This document shows positions 12,600 to 25,123 of a DNA stretch of 64,000 bases, one piece after another. The translations under genes were made by a program, and so were the position numbers. This DNA comes from Heterodontus francisci. Taxonomy: Eukaryota. The first letter of the stretch is position 1; the number at the start of each line of letters is the position of its first letter. Location of the stretch: contig NC_090384.1 in assembly GCF_036365525.1 (NCBI RefSeq), forward strand, positions 30,077,400 to 30,141,399. The letters run 5' to 3'. The notes under the pieces were generated by a model. It made no database searches. It was not told the origin of the DNA and was given only the letters and a program-made list of their open reading frames with translations.

Positions 12600-15386
12600 T
12601 GTTCTCATATCTTCACTATTTTCCTCCCTCAGTCTCTGCACCGAACGACTTCTCATCCTCTGTGATTTCAACCTCTATTTCAACTTATTATGCTCCCTCT
12701 TCTGAGTTCACTGCCCTCTCATCCTCCTGAAATCTCTTCCTCCATGTAAACTCTTCAATCCATATTCATGACCAACCTTTTGAACTTTCCATTCCACGTG
12801 GTCTTGCCAGTCCCATTGTATCAATCACAAGTGATCACTTTCTTGTATGACTCTCCATTCACACCCCCACCCTACTTGCTTCTGTCCTGGAGAAAACTAT
12901 ACCCCAATTCACTTACAACTGCCTTTTCAAAATCCCAATTGTCTAGCCTTTGGCCCTCCATTTACCACAACATTTCTGCAACTACTGATTGCTCAACCAC
13001 ACCCTCGCCTCCACCTTTGATGCTCTTGTTCCCAATAAAACCTTTATTCTCTCTCACCCTGGATGTTACCCTGATGTCATCTTCACTCTCTTCAGTTCAG
13101 GGGATGCAGACTTGAAAGGCCATGGCGGACACCTGGTTTCGCCATACATTGCCAGATCTGGCTGAACCACATAAAGCACTACTGGGTCCTGCTGTTGTCT
13201 GTTAAAACTGTTCACTATCCCAGGATAATCCTGGAATGCTCTACTGTAAATTGTTGCCTTAAACCCCTCTCCCTGTCTCCTGCACCCTCACTTCCAACAG
13301 TAAGTGTGAGGAGTTCATGGACCTCTTTGTCACTAAGATCAAGACTATCCGATCAGCTGCTTCTGCTGCATCCCTCCCTTCCACCAATCCACCAGGCCGA
13401 GTATCCTCTAAAACACCCTCCCAGCTCTAGCCTTGAACTCTCATCTTCCTCTAGTTTCTCTCCTATCTCCCTTCATGTCCTCTCCAAGATCATCTTGTAC
13501 ATGAGACCCACCTCCTACTGCCTTGGCCCTATTCCCACTAAACTGCTGACTACCTAACTCCCCTCATGGTCCCCATGTTAGCTGAAATTGTTAAGTGTTC
13601 TCTCTTAAGGTGTTGTCCCTCTCTCCTTTAAATATGCCATCATTACCCTTCTCAAAAAAAAACCTTTACTCCACTGTGCTTGCAAACTACAATCTCCATC
13701 TCCAACCTCCCTTTCCTGTCTGAAGTCCTTGAATGTGTTGTCTCCTTTCAAACCTGTGCCCATCTTTCTCTGAATCCCATGTTTGAATCTCTGCAATCAG
13801 GTTTCTGCCCTTGCCGCAATACTGAAATGGCTATTAAAGTCACAAATGACCTCCTATTGACTGTGACGAATGCAAACTATTTCTCATTCTTGACCTGTCT
13901 GCAGCCTTTGATTCAGCTGACCACATCATCCTGCTCCAATGCCTCTTCACTGTGGAGTAGCTGGGTGGGACTGTACTCATCTGGTTCCATTCTTATCTGT
14001 CCAATCATAGGCAGATTATCACTTGCAATGGCGTCTCTTCCTATTCCTGCACCATTAGCTCTGGTGTTCCCCCAAGAATCTATGCTTGGCCCCCTTCTGT
14101 TCCTCATCTACGTGCTGCCCCTCAGCGACATCATCCGAAAGCACAGCATAGTTTTCTCAGGTACGCTGACGACACCCAGCTCCACCTCACCGCTACCTCT
14201 CTCAACTCCTCCACTGTTGCTGAATTATCAGACTGCTTATCCAACATCCAGTACTGGATAACCAGATCTTACCTCCAATTAAGTATTGGGAAGACTGAAG
14301 CCATTGTTTTTGGTCCACGTTTCAAACTCTGTTCCCTAGCTACTGATTCCATCTTTCTCTTGGCAACAGTCTGAGACTAAACCAGTCTGTTCCCAATCTT
14401 AGTGTCATATTTGACCCCAAGATGAGTTTCTGACCTCATTCACAGTATCACAAAGAATGCCTATTTCTACTTGCATAACAGCGCCTGATTTTGCCGTTGT
14501 GTCAGTTCATCTGCTGAAACCCTCATTCATGCCTTCGTTATCTCCAGACACAACTATTCCAACAAAGTCCTGGCTGGTGTCTCGCATTCTATCTTCCATA
14601 AACTTGAGAGGTCATCCAACACTTTGATGCCTGTGTCTTAAATTGCACCAAGTTCTGTTCACCTATCACCCCTGTGCTCGCTGACTTAGATTGGCTCCCG
14701 GTCAAGCAACGTCCATATTTTAAAGTTCTCATCCTTGCTTTCAAATACCTCCATGGTTTCGCCCCTCCCGATCTCTATAAGCTCCTCCAGTCCCAGAAAC
14801 ATCTCAGATACCTGCACTTGTCTAATTCTGTACTCTTTAGCATCCTTGATTTTGATAGTTTCACCATTGGTGGCCAGATCTTCAGTTGGCTAGGCCCTAA
14901 GCTCTGGAATTTCTACTTTACAGCTCTCCAAGTCGCTCTCCCTCTCTCTCCTACTTTAAGACACACTTTTAAAACAGGGGTTGCCAACCTTTTCTTTAGT
15001 GAGAGCTACTTCTGATAAAGAAAAATATCATGCGCTGCCCCCCTTGTCGCTCGCTCCCACCCTCGCTGTTTGTTCCCCATCTCTCGCCGCTCGCTCATCC
15101 CATTGTGACATCCGTATGTGGTGACGTCAGGATGCGCGTGCGGGGATTAATGCTGCCAGAATGACGCGGGCGTTCGGACTGCATTGCCAGGAGCATTATG
15201 TGAGCTACTCAAAAGCTGAAGTGAGCTACCCATAGCTCGAGATTGACATGACGACCCCTGCTTCAAAACTTACCTCTTTGGCCAAGCATTTGGTCTTCTG
15301 ACTTCGGTGTCATATTTTCTTTTATAATGCTCCTATGAAGTGCCTTGGGATGTTTTTACATTAAAGGTACTGTATAAATATACTTG
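12600..15386 (+). mobile_element. L2-clade LINE, degraded ORF2 and 3' tail
   Basis: ISNLPFLS.VLE, LQSGF, LGPLLFLIY, YADDTQL (frameshifted), AETLIHAF, L.WLPVKQR; L2 tail tgaagtgccttgggatg..aaaggtactgtataaat. Confidence 0.9.
14975..15260. mobile_element. hAT-superfamily MITE (286 bp) nested in the L2 tail
   Basis: Terminal inverted repeats CAGGGGTTG / CGACCCCTG; imperfect 8-bp TSD TTTTAAAA vs CTTCAAAA; repeated subterminal GAGCTAC motifs. Confidence 0.8.
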
Positions 15387-15547
15387 AGGTCTGTTTTGAT
15401 GAATCTTCAGAATATATTGTGAGCAAAGGGTATTCAAAAAAATTGCACAAACCTTCACTATATTGTGTCTAAAGATATTGACTTATGTGCAAAAAGGTTG
15501 GAAGAAAAAGTGGATGAAAACTAGAAAAGTGTTGGTGACAATATCAT

Positions 15548-15672
15548 TGACAGTGCAGTATTCCCTCAAAACTGCACTGACAAATGTCTTTAGGTAAAAT
15601 GTTGAAGTCCATTGTGGAACTTTAACTCATACATTTCAAACTGAGGCAAATGTGCTACCAGTTTAATCAACC
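15548..15672 (-). mobile_element. Degraded 5' head of a Deu/SacSINE1-like SINE
   Basis: Reverse complement resembles the head of the adjacent SINE at 15681 (ggtagcac..ctcag..gttcaa..cccac..cagtgcagt..gaggga). Confidence 0.55.
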
Positions 15673-15680
15673 TAGCGCTT

Positions 15681-15903
15681 GTCAGCTGTTGCTCAATGGT
15701 AGCACTCCTACCTCTGAGTCATAAGGTTATAGGTTCAAGTCCCACTCTAGAGACTTGAGTACAAATCAAGGTTAACACTCCAGTGTAGTAGAGGGAGTGC
15801 AGACTGTCAGAGATGCTGTCTTTTAGATGGCATATTAAACAGAGGCCCTGTCTTCTCCCTCGGGTGGATCTAAAAGATCCCATGATACTATTTTGAAGAG
15901 CAG
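15681..15903 (+). mobile_element. tRNA-derived Deu/SacSINE1-like SINE, 5' half
   Basis: A box (gctcaatggtagc), B box (ggttcaagtccc), and core taaaagatcccatg..actattttgaagagcag shared with 38951-39265. Confidence 0.75.
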
Positions 15904-16559
15904 TTTCAACTCCATTTGTAAATAGTGTTCTGTGTTGCTGTGCAATTCTGTTTTATTCAGTATCGTGCTGTGCCATTTCACTTATCCGTATTAATTAATC
16001 TGTAAACAAATCTGACTAATAGCCTTAGAGAGCATGGTGGGCATTCTGTTATTTCCAGTGTGCTGTGTTCAGTAATTAGAGGTTATTAAATCAGGATACA
16101 TTAACCCATACATGGCATAAGGTCGCAGGTTTTGGATCAGTGATAATTCAGTCTTATTGAAGCTGCGTTCTGCTGTATTGGGGGAAAAGCACAAACTGTT
16201 GAGGACTTCAACAGTAGTAGTAGCTGATTGGGAAGTTGTTGAACGTTTGGATTTTGCAAGTTATTTCAAATATTACCAGTATTTTGGTTACAATTTTCAC
16301 AAACTAGTGTCTCAACATTCTTGTCATTTTAGTGAACTGAGAAAATGTAGATTCTGCATATGCAGTGAGTCTTAGTGCTGTTCCTGTGGAAGTTCGCAGT
16401 GTTTCTGTTAATCACCTCTGAGCAACTGAGTTACATCACTTCCTATTTGTTTTACTGCAGAATTTGGTAGTTTGCATCTAGGATAATCTTAACTAACACG
16501 CACAACTGCTCTGAATGTTACTGCCAGCTGGCACAGCATAATCTCCAAGTGCTCACATC

Positions 16560-16945
16560 TTATAATTTCCAGTTTTAATTTTGAAATATTCCAATGCTTT
16601 CCTGTCCAGCTTTGCATCTTCCATAAACATCTTGTCCAAAACTCTGCTGCCTGCATTCCATTCTTCACTAAATATTCGTCTTCTCTCACCCTTGCCCTTG
16701 TTGACCTACATTGGTACCCTGGCCCTACAAAAGCTTAAACTTTAAATTCACAATCTCCTGCTAAAATCCCTTCATGGCTTCGCCCCCTACCCCCAGACGT
16801 TTCCTTTCCTCCAATTGTGGCTTCTTGTGCACCCCCCTCCTTTTGATCCATCATCAGAGGGCTGTGCCTTTGGTTGCCTAGTCCCTATGTTCTAGAACTC
16901 CCCCTCTCTTTCCTAAAACCCATCTCTTTGACTATGCTTTTGGTC
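16560..16945 (+). mobile_element. L2 3' fragment
   Basis: Homologous to 14590-14960 (gacctacattgg, tttaaaatt, catggcttcgcccc, gcctt..tgcctag..cccta). Confidence 0.7.
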
Positions 16946-18592
16946 ACTTTTTTTTAATGCATCCATTTTTGTTTGAAGAACAAAAGGTTATCTGGGATGC
17001 AGAACTTCCTGCTCCACTTCGAATGGTGCAGTGTGTTCTTATGTCCATCTGAACCACGTGATGGATCCTTGGTTTGATAATGATGATCCCTGGTTCATTG
17101 TCGACAAAGATCAAAGGAAGATTCGGTTCTGTGGGTGCTGGCATGCTCACTGGTGGCTCAACAGGCCAATTTTAGATCTGCAGGCTCTTGGGCATTTGGG
17201 GCCCAAGGAATTCTTGACCTGGGGAGCCCGAGCAGAAGCAGCTTCCTACAGTTTTTGATATTTTGCTCCTACAGCTTTGTGTGTTAAGGACTCAAACCTG
17301 CACATGGTATTCCTGATTTTTGAGCACCAGTTGTTTCTCTCAGCAGCTTCCTGCTCCCAAGTCCATTGTCGGATGTCAGCCAGAGAGTTGTTTCTTCAGC
17401 TGGTTCTCGAAAAGTTTTCGCAGAGCACCTTGATTCTGATTCCTGAGACATGGTTCTCCATACAGCACTGCTTTTGGCATTCTGATGTCCTCCATGTATG
17501 ACATATTCCCTGTGCAGTGCAGTTGTCATAGGAGAATCCTCTCAATACTGAGCACTTCAGTATTTGTAATGTAGTCCTGCCATTTGGTATTCATGCAGCG
17601 CAAGCAGCGTTGATTGGAAGCATTCAAGTGGCTTAATTTGTTTACTGTACTGTAATTTGCTAGCTGTCGGAGTATCTCCATGAAGTTAGGTGGGCAACCC
17701 AATCTAGATTGAGTATTTCCCACAGTCCATCCTGGATGACTGTATCAAAGGCCTTTGCGAGGTCCATGAAGGAAACATATAGGCCCATGTTCTGGTCCCT
17801 GCATTGATCTGTCTCAGTATAAAGACCATATCCATGGTTTGTCTGCTTGGCCGAAATCCATACCGACTCTTGGAGGGTTTCGTTGGCAAATGTTTGTACA
17901 AGGTGACCCCTCTGTAAGTTGAGCAGTCTGACTTTTCACTCTTGTTTTTGTAGGGGGCGACAATCGGAGCATCTTGAAGGACCTGTGGCACTGTCCCTTT
18001 CTCCCAGCAAGCTGTAAACAGCTCTGCGAGCTTGTCGACAAGTGCACTTCCTCCCTGCTGGAATACTGTCGATGCTCGGGGCCTTGCGGAATTTCAGTAG
18101 TGCTCGCTATCTCTTCGAACTTTGTTTCCCTTTGTGGTATCTTCACTATCGAAGCTTCCTGCACTGTCCTTTCATCCCTATAAGTGCTCTGACCATCGAA
18201 TCATGGTCTCAGTAAGCAGTGTTGCGCTGTCAGAAGATTGTAGTGGTGCCTGCGTCAGGTCCGTCAACAATCTTCGAGGACTCATAAAAAAAAAAAAATC
18301 ACGTCACCGCTGTCTGCATAACTCTGTCTTCTCTGCCAGTGCTTGCCACCAATCGTTTTGAATGACTCGAAGCTTGGATTTTAGGGTGTTGCAGGCTTCC
18401 CAATAAGCAGCTTTTGTAGACTGGTCAGCTGGTCTCACAAGAAGTTTCAAATAGCAGGAGCGTATCTTTTGGAGCAGATCTTGGATTCCAGAGTAGTTTG
18501 CATTGAACCAGTCCCTGTTCTTTCTCATTAAGCAACTAACCACTTCCATCGTTTCTTGAAGAACTGATTGCAGCTACCTCCACTGTTCACCT

Positions 18593-18818
18593 TGTTAATA
18601 AGCTTTCTGGAGTTTAAGGATGGATGATGTTGGAGCCGATCTTTACTCAGTTTCACATTCCTTGTACAGAGTAAAAGGATTACAAACATATAGCTCCTCA
18701 CTCAAAACCCTCCACCAGTCTGCGTAAGTGTCTGCTTATAAGTGTTCAAGCAAGACCCCAATTAACACCCTCCACCTACATATAACCAAACAATTGATAC
18801 ACAATTAACAGATTAACA
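18593..18818 (-). mobile_element. Short solo LTR (226 bp) with a 5-bp TSD
   Basis: Termini TGTTAAT...ATTAACA; perfect TSD CACCT (18588-18592 and 18819-18823); TATAAG and AGTAAA on the minus strand. Confidence 0.82.
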
Positions 18819-19558
18819 CACCTGGGTCCGTCTGGAAACATGCTATCATTGAGCTCAATTTCCACTTTGCTTTCGAATTCTGCTTTAACCTCCAGCTGAC
18901 CTAATCAGTGAACTTGGAGTTCCTTTGTTATTGGGCCCTTACTCTTGGGAGGTGGCTTAATTTTGAGGGTGACCTTTGCTCTGACCAGTTCCTCTGCTTG
19001 GCCTGTCTGTGTTCAGTTATCACTGGGCATAACTCTAGTGTGAAGTACATCTCTGTCTTGTTGGCGGACTAGGATGTAATCCAAGAGGTGCCGGTGTTTT
19101 CAACATGGATGTCTCCCAAATGGTTTTAAATATGGCTTCCTGCTGGAACAGGGTATTGGTGATGCTGAGTTATTGCTCTCTATAGAATTCCAGAAGCAAA
19201 CGATCATCGTCATTGCAATTGCCGATGCTGTGCCCACCCAGCATGCCTTTCCAGGATTCTTGGATTTGCGTTAACTCTTGTGTATGATGAGCTTATCATT
19301 GGCGTTGGTCCTATGAAGTCTGTGCAGATCGTGGTAAAAGCCTTCTTTTACAACAAGATTATCCTGTAGCAGGGTGGCAAACTGGTTGTTTTGAATTGGC
19401 AGTCGAAGGATCGTGAGACGATCTGAATGACCAACGGGAAGGCAATGGAGCTTGCTTGCAATCATATTCTTTACCATAAAGCCGTCAACAGATAGGCATC
19501 ACTCCTCCTTTGTCTTTTCCTGACCAATAAAGTGTGTAGCCTTCTCAGTGTTCTGTCA

Positions 19559-20660
19559 CAGAATCACAGAATTGTTAGTGCAGAAGGCAATTTGGCCCAT
19601 TGTGTCTGCACTGGCTCTCCGAAAGAGCAATTTACTCCGTTCCATTCCCTCGCCTTCTCCGCCGTAACCTTGAGCGTTCTTCCTTTTCATATAACTGTCT
19701 AATTCCCTTTTGAATGCTTCAGTTGAACCTGCCTCCACCATAATCTCAGACAGTGCATTCCAGACCTTAACCAGTCTGTGTGAAAAAGTTTTTCCTCATG
19801 CCACTTTTGCTTCTCTTACCGAATACTTCAAATTTGTGTCCTCTCAATCTCGATCCTTTCACGAATGGGAACAATTTCTCTCTTTACACTGTCCAGACCC
19901 CTCATGAGTTTGAATGCCTCAATCAAATCACCTCTCCGCCTTCTCTTCTCCAAGGAAAACAGTCTGAACTTCTCCAATCTATTTTCATAACTGAAGTTTC
20001 TCATCCCTGGAACCCTTCTCGTGAATCTTTTCTGTACTCTCTCCAATGCCCTTGGGTCTTTCCTAAAGTGTGGTGCCCAGAACTGGACGCAGTACTCCAA
20101 CTGAGGCAGAACTAGTGTCTTATACAAGTTCAACATAGCCTTCTTGCACTTACATTCTATGCTCCTGTTAATAAAGCCCAGGTTACTGTATGCTTTATTA
20201 ACTGCTCTCTCAACCTGTCCTGCCACCTTCAATGACTTATGCACATATACACCCAGGTCCCTGTGCCCCTGCACCCCCTTTTAGAATTGTACCTTTTATG
20301 TTCTATTGTCTCTCCATGTTCTTTCTACCAAAATGAATCACTTCACATTTCTCTGCAGTGAACTTCATCTGCCACCCATATGCCCATTCCTCCAACTTGC
20401 CTATGTCCTTTTGAGGTTCTGCACTGTCCTCCTCACAGTTCACAATGCTTCTAAGTTTCGTATCATCTGCAAACTTTGAAACTGCCCTGTACACCAAGGT
20501 CTAGGTCATTAATATGTATCAGGAAAAGCAAGGCTCCTAACACTGATCCCTGGGGAACTCCATTACAAACCTTCCTCCAGCCTGAAAAACATCCATTAAC
20601 CACTACTCTTTGTTTCCTGTCATTCAGCCAATTTCGTATCCATGTTGCTACCGTCCCTCT
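19559..20660 (-). mobile_element. 5'-truncated CR1 LINE nested in RTE
   Basis: [36 protein letters not shown]; (ATTCTGTG)-type tail; flanks TTCTGTCA and TCCTGTCA form a probable TSD. Confidence 0.93.
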
Positions 20661-22008
20661 TCCTGTCAATGAACCTTGTTCTGCGAAGCAAACTTCACTG
20701 AGTGCTGTGATGTCGATGTCGAGCCGAGCTCGCTCTCTGGCAACAAGCGCAGATCGTCTTGGAGGGCGCATGTTGTCATCTGCATCAGTCATTGTGTGAG
20801 CATTCCAACACGCACATTTCAGAGTGTTTTGGCTCATTTCTTTTTTTCTGCACTGCTTGACAGATGCCCTTTTACCTCGGTAAGCCAACTGGGTAAGGTT
20901 GAGATGAGCAATATTTGCGACACCTTTTCTAGACCTGTCTCCATTGGACCAAGCAGTACTATCCCTAGAAAAGGCTGCCTTGGTCGCTCAGAGTGCTGCC
21001 GAATGATGATGTCTCTAAGTCAACAGTCAGATGATACATACTTCTGAGCTGCCTACATGCAGATTGAAGCTGTGGCTGCCAGTGCCACCTTGCACCTGCT
21101 GATATTGCTTCTCCCCATTGCTGTAGGCCTTATTCTTCCCGCCTGAGCTTAGTTGGTTTAAAGTAACGATCAGCTCGCACTGACTGATCTCTCCCTTTAG
21201 GCTAAGGGTTTCTCTGCAGTGGCTCAGTGGGCTGAGATGACCGTGAAAACCATGAAGCTGTAGGTTTGACATTGGAGTTTACTTCTTGCGTCTAGCTGAA
21301 GACCCCACCCCCAGGCATGGGTAGGTTTGAAATCAGAGTTTTCCCCTCCTAGACGATCTGCCAACCATGGCTAATGAGCTCCATCCACCCAAAGCAACTG
21401 GTTTTAAGACACCACTTGTTATCCTGAATAGTCAACCTCAGTAGTAGACCCCCTCAATAGACTCCCCCGCCTCAACATTAAACACCCTCAATAAAACCTC
21501 ACCTCAATATTAACTTAAACAATAAAACCCCAACTCGGCACTAAATTATCCATATTCGAAACAATCTTGCAATGTAACAGTTTGGTCGAGTGGTGGTGTG
21601 CCTTTTTTAAATTTAAAAACAGATGAATGTGGATGCATTTTAAACCCAAAATTTGAGAGTATAACTTACCAAGTGATTGGAGAGTCCATGAGAAAATGAA
21701 GTCCACGGTGTTCTCCATTTTAAAGGCAATCTATTCAATTCTCAGCTGAGGTTTGCATAGAAACTGGTGTAGCAGTCAACTGACATCCAATTAGAACACG
21801 AGGAGCCACAGTGTGCTCAAACATAATTTCGTCATGAAGAAAGTACTTTCTTTTGCCTGCTTTCTGTAATTTTTATGGTACTATGAACTCATTAGATTTA
21901 ATTTTTTTTATGTAAAGGATTAAATTTAATCTGCAGTTGTATGTTTCCTACTTCACCCCTTCCCCCACCAAACCACCAACATTTGACAATTAGACTTGTG
22001 TTTATAGC

Positions 22009-22185
22009 TTTCAAAACAACATCATTCTTCACATATTCAACCAAGCAGAAGGGTTCGTGCTTCAACTAAATCTACATGGAATAAGGAAAGTATGCAATTC
22101 ATAAAACTCTGGATTGCAGGAGCAAAGTGCGTTTTCCAGTATTTTACATCAAATTTTGAAAGGTCCAATTGGACTCGAAACCATT
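22009..22185 (+). pseudogene. Possible decayed heat-shock-factor (HSF) DNA-binding-domain fragment
   Basis: One frame reads FQNNIILHIFNQAEGFVLQLNLHGIRKVCNS*NSGLQEQSAFSSILHQILKGPIGLETI, which resembles HSF [30 protein letters not shown]...GL...FQHP.FL.G...LENI. Aligned by eye only. Confidence 0.3.
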
Positions 22186-22736
22186 GTTGCTTTGTGGTAC
22201 TTGGATATGAGCAGATTCTCTGCATGACAGAGTGTGATGTGCATTAAACAGTGACTATTCATCTGATTGCATTTCAAACAGGGCTTATAAATAGGGTAGT
22301 TTATATTGCACAGGTTTAGTAATGCCGTTTTATGGTCTGCTTCTGCTAGGAGGGAAAAGTTCAATAATTGATTTCTAATGTGGTATTTTACTTTACATTT
22401 TTCAAGCCTGTTTCATATTCTTGTAAATTGATTGGACTGGAAGTAATTGATAAGGCACTGTACATGTGCACTGGAGGGATCAAGATGGCTCTGCGGATGG
22501 CTGAAGATTGGCTTTAGTGAGTGTTTTGAAGCACTCCCTACTTTTGCGTTCACTTGCTGTTTAAATTTAAAAACATGTTGGCATAATGCCAGAGACTGCT
22601 GCTGTATGCATGTCTATTTGTATGTACAACCTTCACTTGGGTGTGGAGCTGCAATGTTCTTTAAAGCTTTTTTTATACTGTGAAAGTAGAAAAACAAAAG
22701 GAAACTAATACATGGATCATACTTTTGTTCTATTAG

Positions 22737-22784
22737 GATAATGGTTTTAAAAAGAATCCAAGCCAGAACGATTGTTCGAAGTGG
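22737..22784 (+). other. Candidate 48-nt internal exon of an unidentified host transcript
   Basis: Branch-like ACTAAT (22704), acttttgttctattag acceptor, GG|gtatga donor, length a multiple of 3, open frames DNGFKKNPSQNDCSKW and IMVLKRIQARTIVRS. Confidence 0.3.
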
Positions 22785-23118
22785 GTATGATTTTTGATAA
22801 ATTCTGGCAAAGACCTGTCTTCATCTGTGCGTTTTACCCTACGTTAATAATGAAGACTGTTAGGTTTTAAAACCTGGATTGCAATATATAAATACAATAA
22901 TATGTTTCTTGTTTAGCACAAATGCAGTATTCATAAAACAGCAACAAATCATAAATGAAAAGAAAGGAGATATTTAAATCATTTGCCATAAGCATTGATT
23001 AAGGAACTACTAGGGGCAGGTGGAAAAAGAAATCGAGTGAGCAGCAAGCAAAATATACGAATAAATGAAATAAGATTAATCAATAAAATTGTGAAATATT
23101 TTGTTTATTTGTGCCCTT

Positions 23119-23487
23119 TGTTCATTCACAGGATGTGGCCATTATTGCCAAGGCCAGCATTTATTGCCATCCCTAATTGCCCTAATAGTTTGATGCAACT
23201 GAGTGGTTTACTAGGACATTTCAGAAGGCAGTTAAGAGTCAGTGACATTGCTGTGGGTCTGGAGTTATATATAGGCCAGACTGGGTGAAGATGGCAGATT
23301 TCCTTCCCTAAAGGACATTAGTGAACCAGATGGATTTTTGTGACAATCTGGTAATTTCATAATCACCAGATTATGGATACTAGCTTTTATTTCAGATTTA
23401 TTTAATTAGCTGAACTTAAATTCCCCAGCTGCCATGGTGGGACTTGAACTTGTATCCAGATAATTAGTCCAGGCCTCTGGACTACTA
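23119..23487 (-). mobile_element. SINE-B, 3' portion (5' head displaced to 25922-25960)
   Basis: Reverse complement matches 12180-12530; sequence breaks at ctggactacta. Confidence 0.85.
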
Positions 23488-23551
23488 TAATAAAACAAAA
23501 TGTGCTGGAAAATACTCAGCACCTCTTGCAGCATCTGTGGAGAGAGAAGCA

Positions 23552-23590
23552 AAGTTAACATTTCAAGTCAGTGACCTTTCATCAGAACTG
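23552..23590 (-). ncRNA. Minimal type I hammerhead ribozyme motif in the Penelope terminal repeat
   Basis: Minus strand: cagtt CTGATGA a aggtc-act-gactt GAAA tgtt aacttt. Confidence 0.65.
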
Positions 23591-25123
23591 GCAAAGGTTA
23601 GAAATGTAATAGGTTTTAAGCAAGTAAAGTGGGGGTGGGGCAAAAGAGAACAAAAGGGAAGGTGTTGATAGGACATAGAATAACTGACGAGGAGGTCATG
23701 GGGCAAAGGCAAAGTGTGTGTTAATAGTGTGGTGAAAGACATAGCATTAGTGCAGAGAGGGTGTTAAATGACAGAATAATGAAAGCCCTAGCCAAAAGCA
23801 CAAACATGAAAAACAGCACTGGGCAGGCACATGGTAAAAAAAATTGAATGATGCAACAAACTAAAATAAAATGAAAAAAAAAGTAAAACTAAAAATAACT
23901 AAAGGGGGGGGGGCGTGGGGAGATGGGGGGCAGTCATGCTCTGAAATTATTGAACTCAGTGTTCAGTTCGGTAGGCTGTAGCGTGTCTAATCGCTAAATG
24001 AGGTGCTGTACCTCGAGCTTGCATTGATCACTGGAACACTGCAGCAAGCCCAGGACAGAGATGTGGGCATGAGAGCAAGGAGTGTGTTGAAATGGCAAGC
24101 GACAGGAAGCTCAAGGTCATGTTTTAGGACTGAGTGGAGGTATTGTGCAAAGTGGTCACCCAATCTGTGTTTGGTCTCCCCAGTGTAGAGGAGACCGCAT
24201 TGTGAGCAGCGAATACAGTATACTAAATTGAAAGAAGTACAAGTAAATTGCTGCTTCACCTGAAAGGAGTGTTTGGAGCCTGGGATAGTGAGGAGAGTGG
24301 AGATAAATGGGCAGGTATTACACCTACTGCGATTGCTTGGGAAGGTGCCATGGGAAGGGGACGAGGTGGTGGGGGTAATGGAGGATTGGACCAGGGTGTC
24401 ACGGAGGGAACAGTCCCTTTGGAATGCTGACAGGAGGGAAAGATGCGTTTGGTAGCGGCATCACACTGGAGATGGCAGAAATGGCAGAGGATAATCCTTT
24501 GGATCTGGAAGCTGGTGGGGTGGAAAGTGAGGACAAGGGGAATCCTGTCGCGGCTCTAGGAGGGAGGTAAAGAGGTGTGGGAAATGGGCTGGAAACGGTT
24601 GAGGGCCCTGCCAACCACAGTGGCGGGAATCCTCGGTTAAGGATAAAGGAATACATATCTGAAGCGCTGTTGTGGAAGGTTGCGTCATCAGAGCTGATAC
24701 GTCGGAGACGAAGAAACTGGGGGAATGGAATGGAGTCCTTACAGGAGGCAGGGTGTGAAGAAGTGTAGTCGAGGTAGCTGTGGGAGTCGGTGGGCTTATA
24801 ATGAATATTCATAGACAGGCTATCCCCAGAGATGGAGACAGAGAAGCCGAGGAAGGGAAGTGTCAGAGATGGACTATGTGAAGGTGAGAGAAGGGTGGAA
24901 ATTGGAAGCAAAGTTGATAAAAATTTCTAGTTCAGGGCAGGAGCAGGAAATGGCACTGATTACAGTCATCAATGTAGCAGAAAAAGAGTTGGGGGAGGGG
25001 ACCTGAGTAGGACTGGAACAAGGAATGTTCGGCACATTCCACAAGACAGGCATAGCTAGGACCCATGTGGATACCCATAGCAACACCTTTTACTTGGAGG
25101 AAGTGAGTGGAGTTGAAGGAGAA

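Larger units (their letters stand above)
17073..21415 (-). mobile_element. Near full-length degraded RTE LINE with 5' UTR, containing two nested insertions
   Basis: Minus strand: [29 protein letters not shown] (endonuclease N-terminus), HSDRLTILRLP, KNRDWF, YGFRPSR.TMDMVFILRQ; (ATC)n-like tail at about 17073-17088. Confidence 0.88.

Noticed and set aside
21515-21718. Minus-strand first exon MENTVDFIFSWTLQSL followed by GTAAGT
   Set aside because: Good Kozak context and donor, but no promoter or CpG island, no downstream exon and no recognisable peptide.
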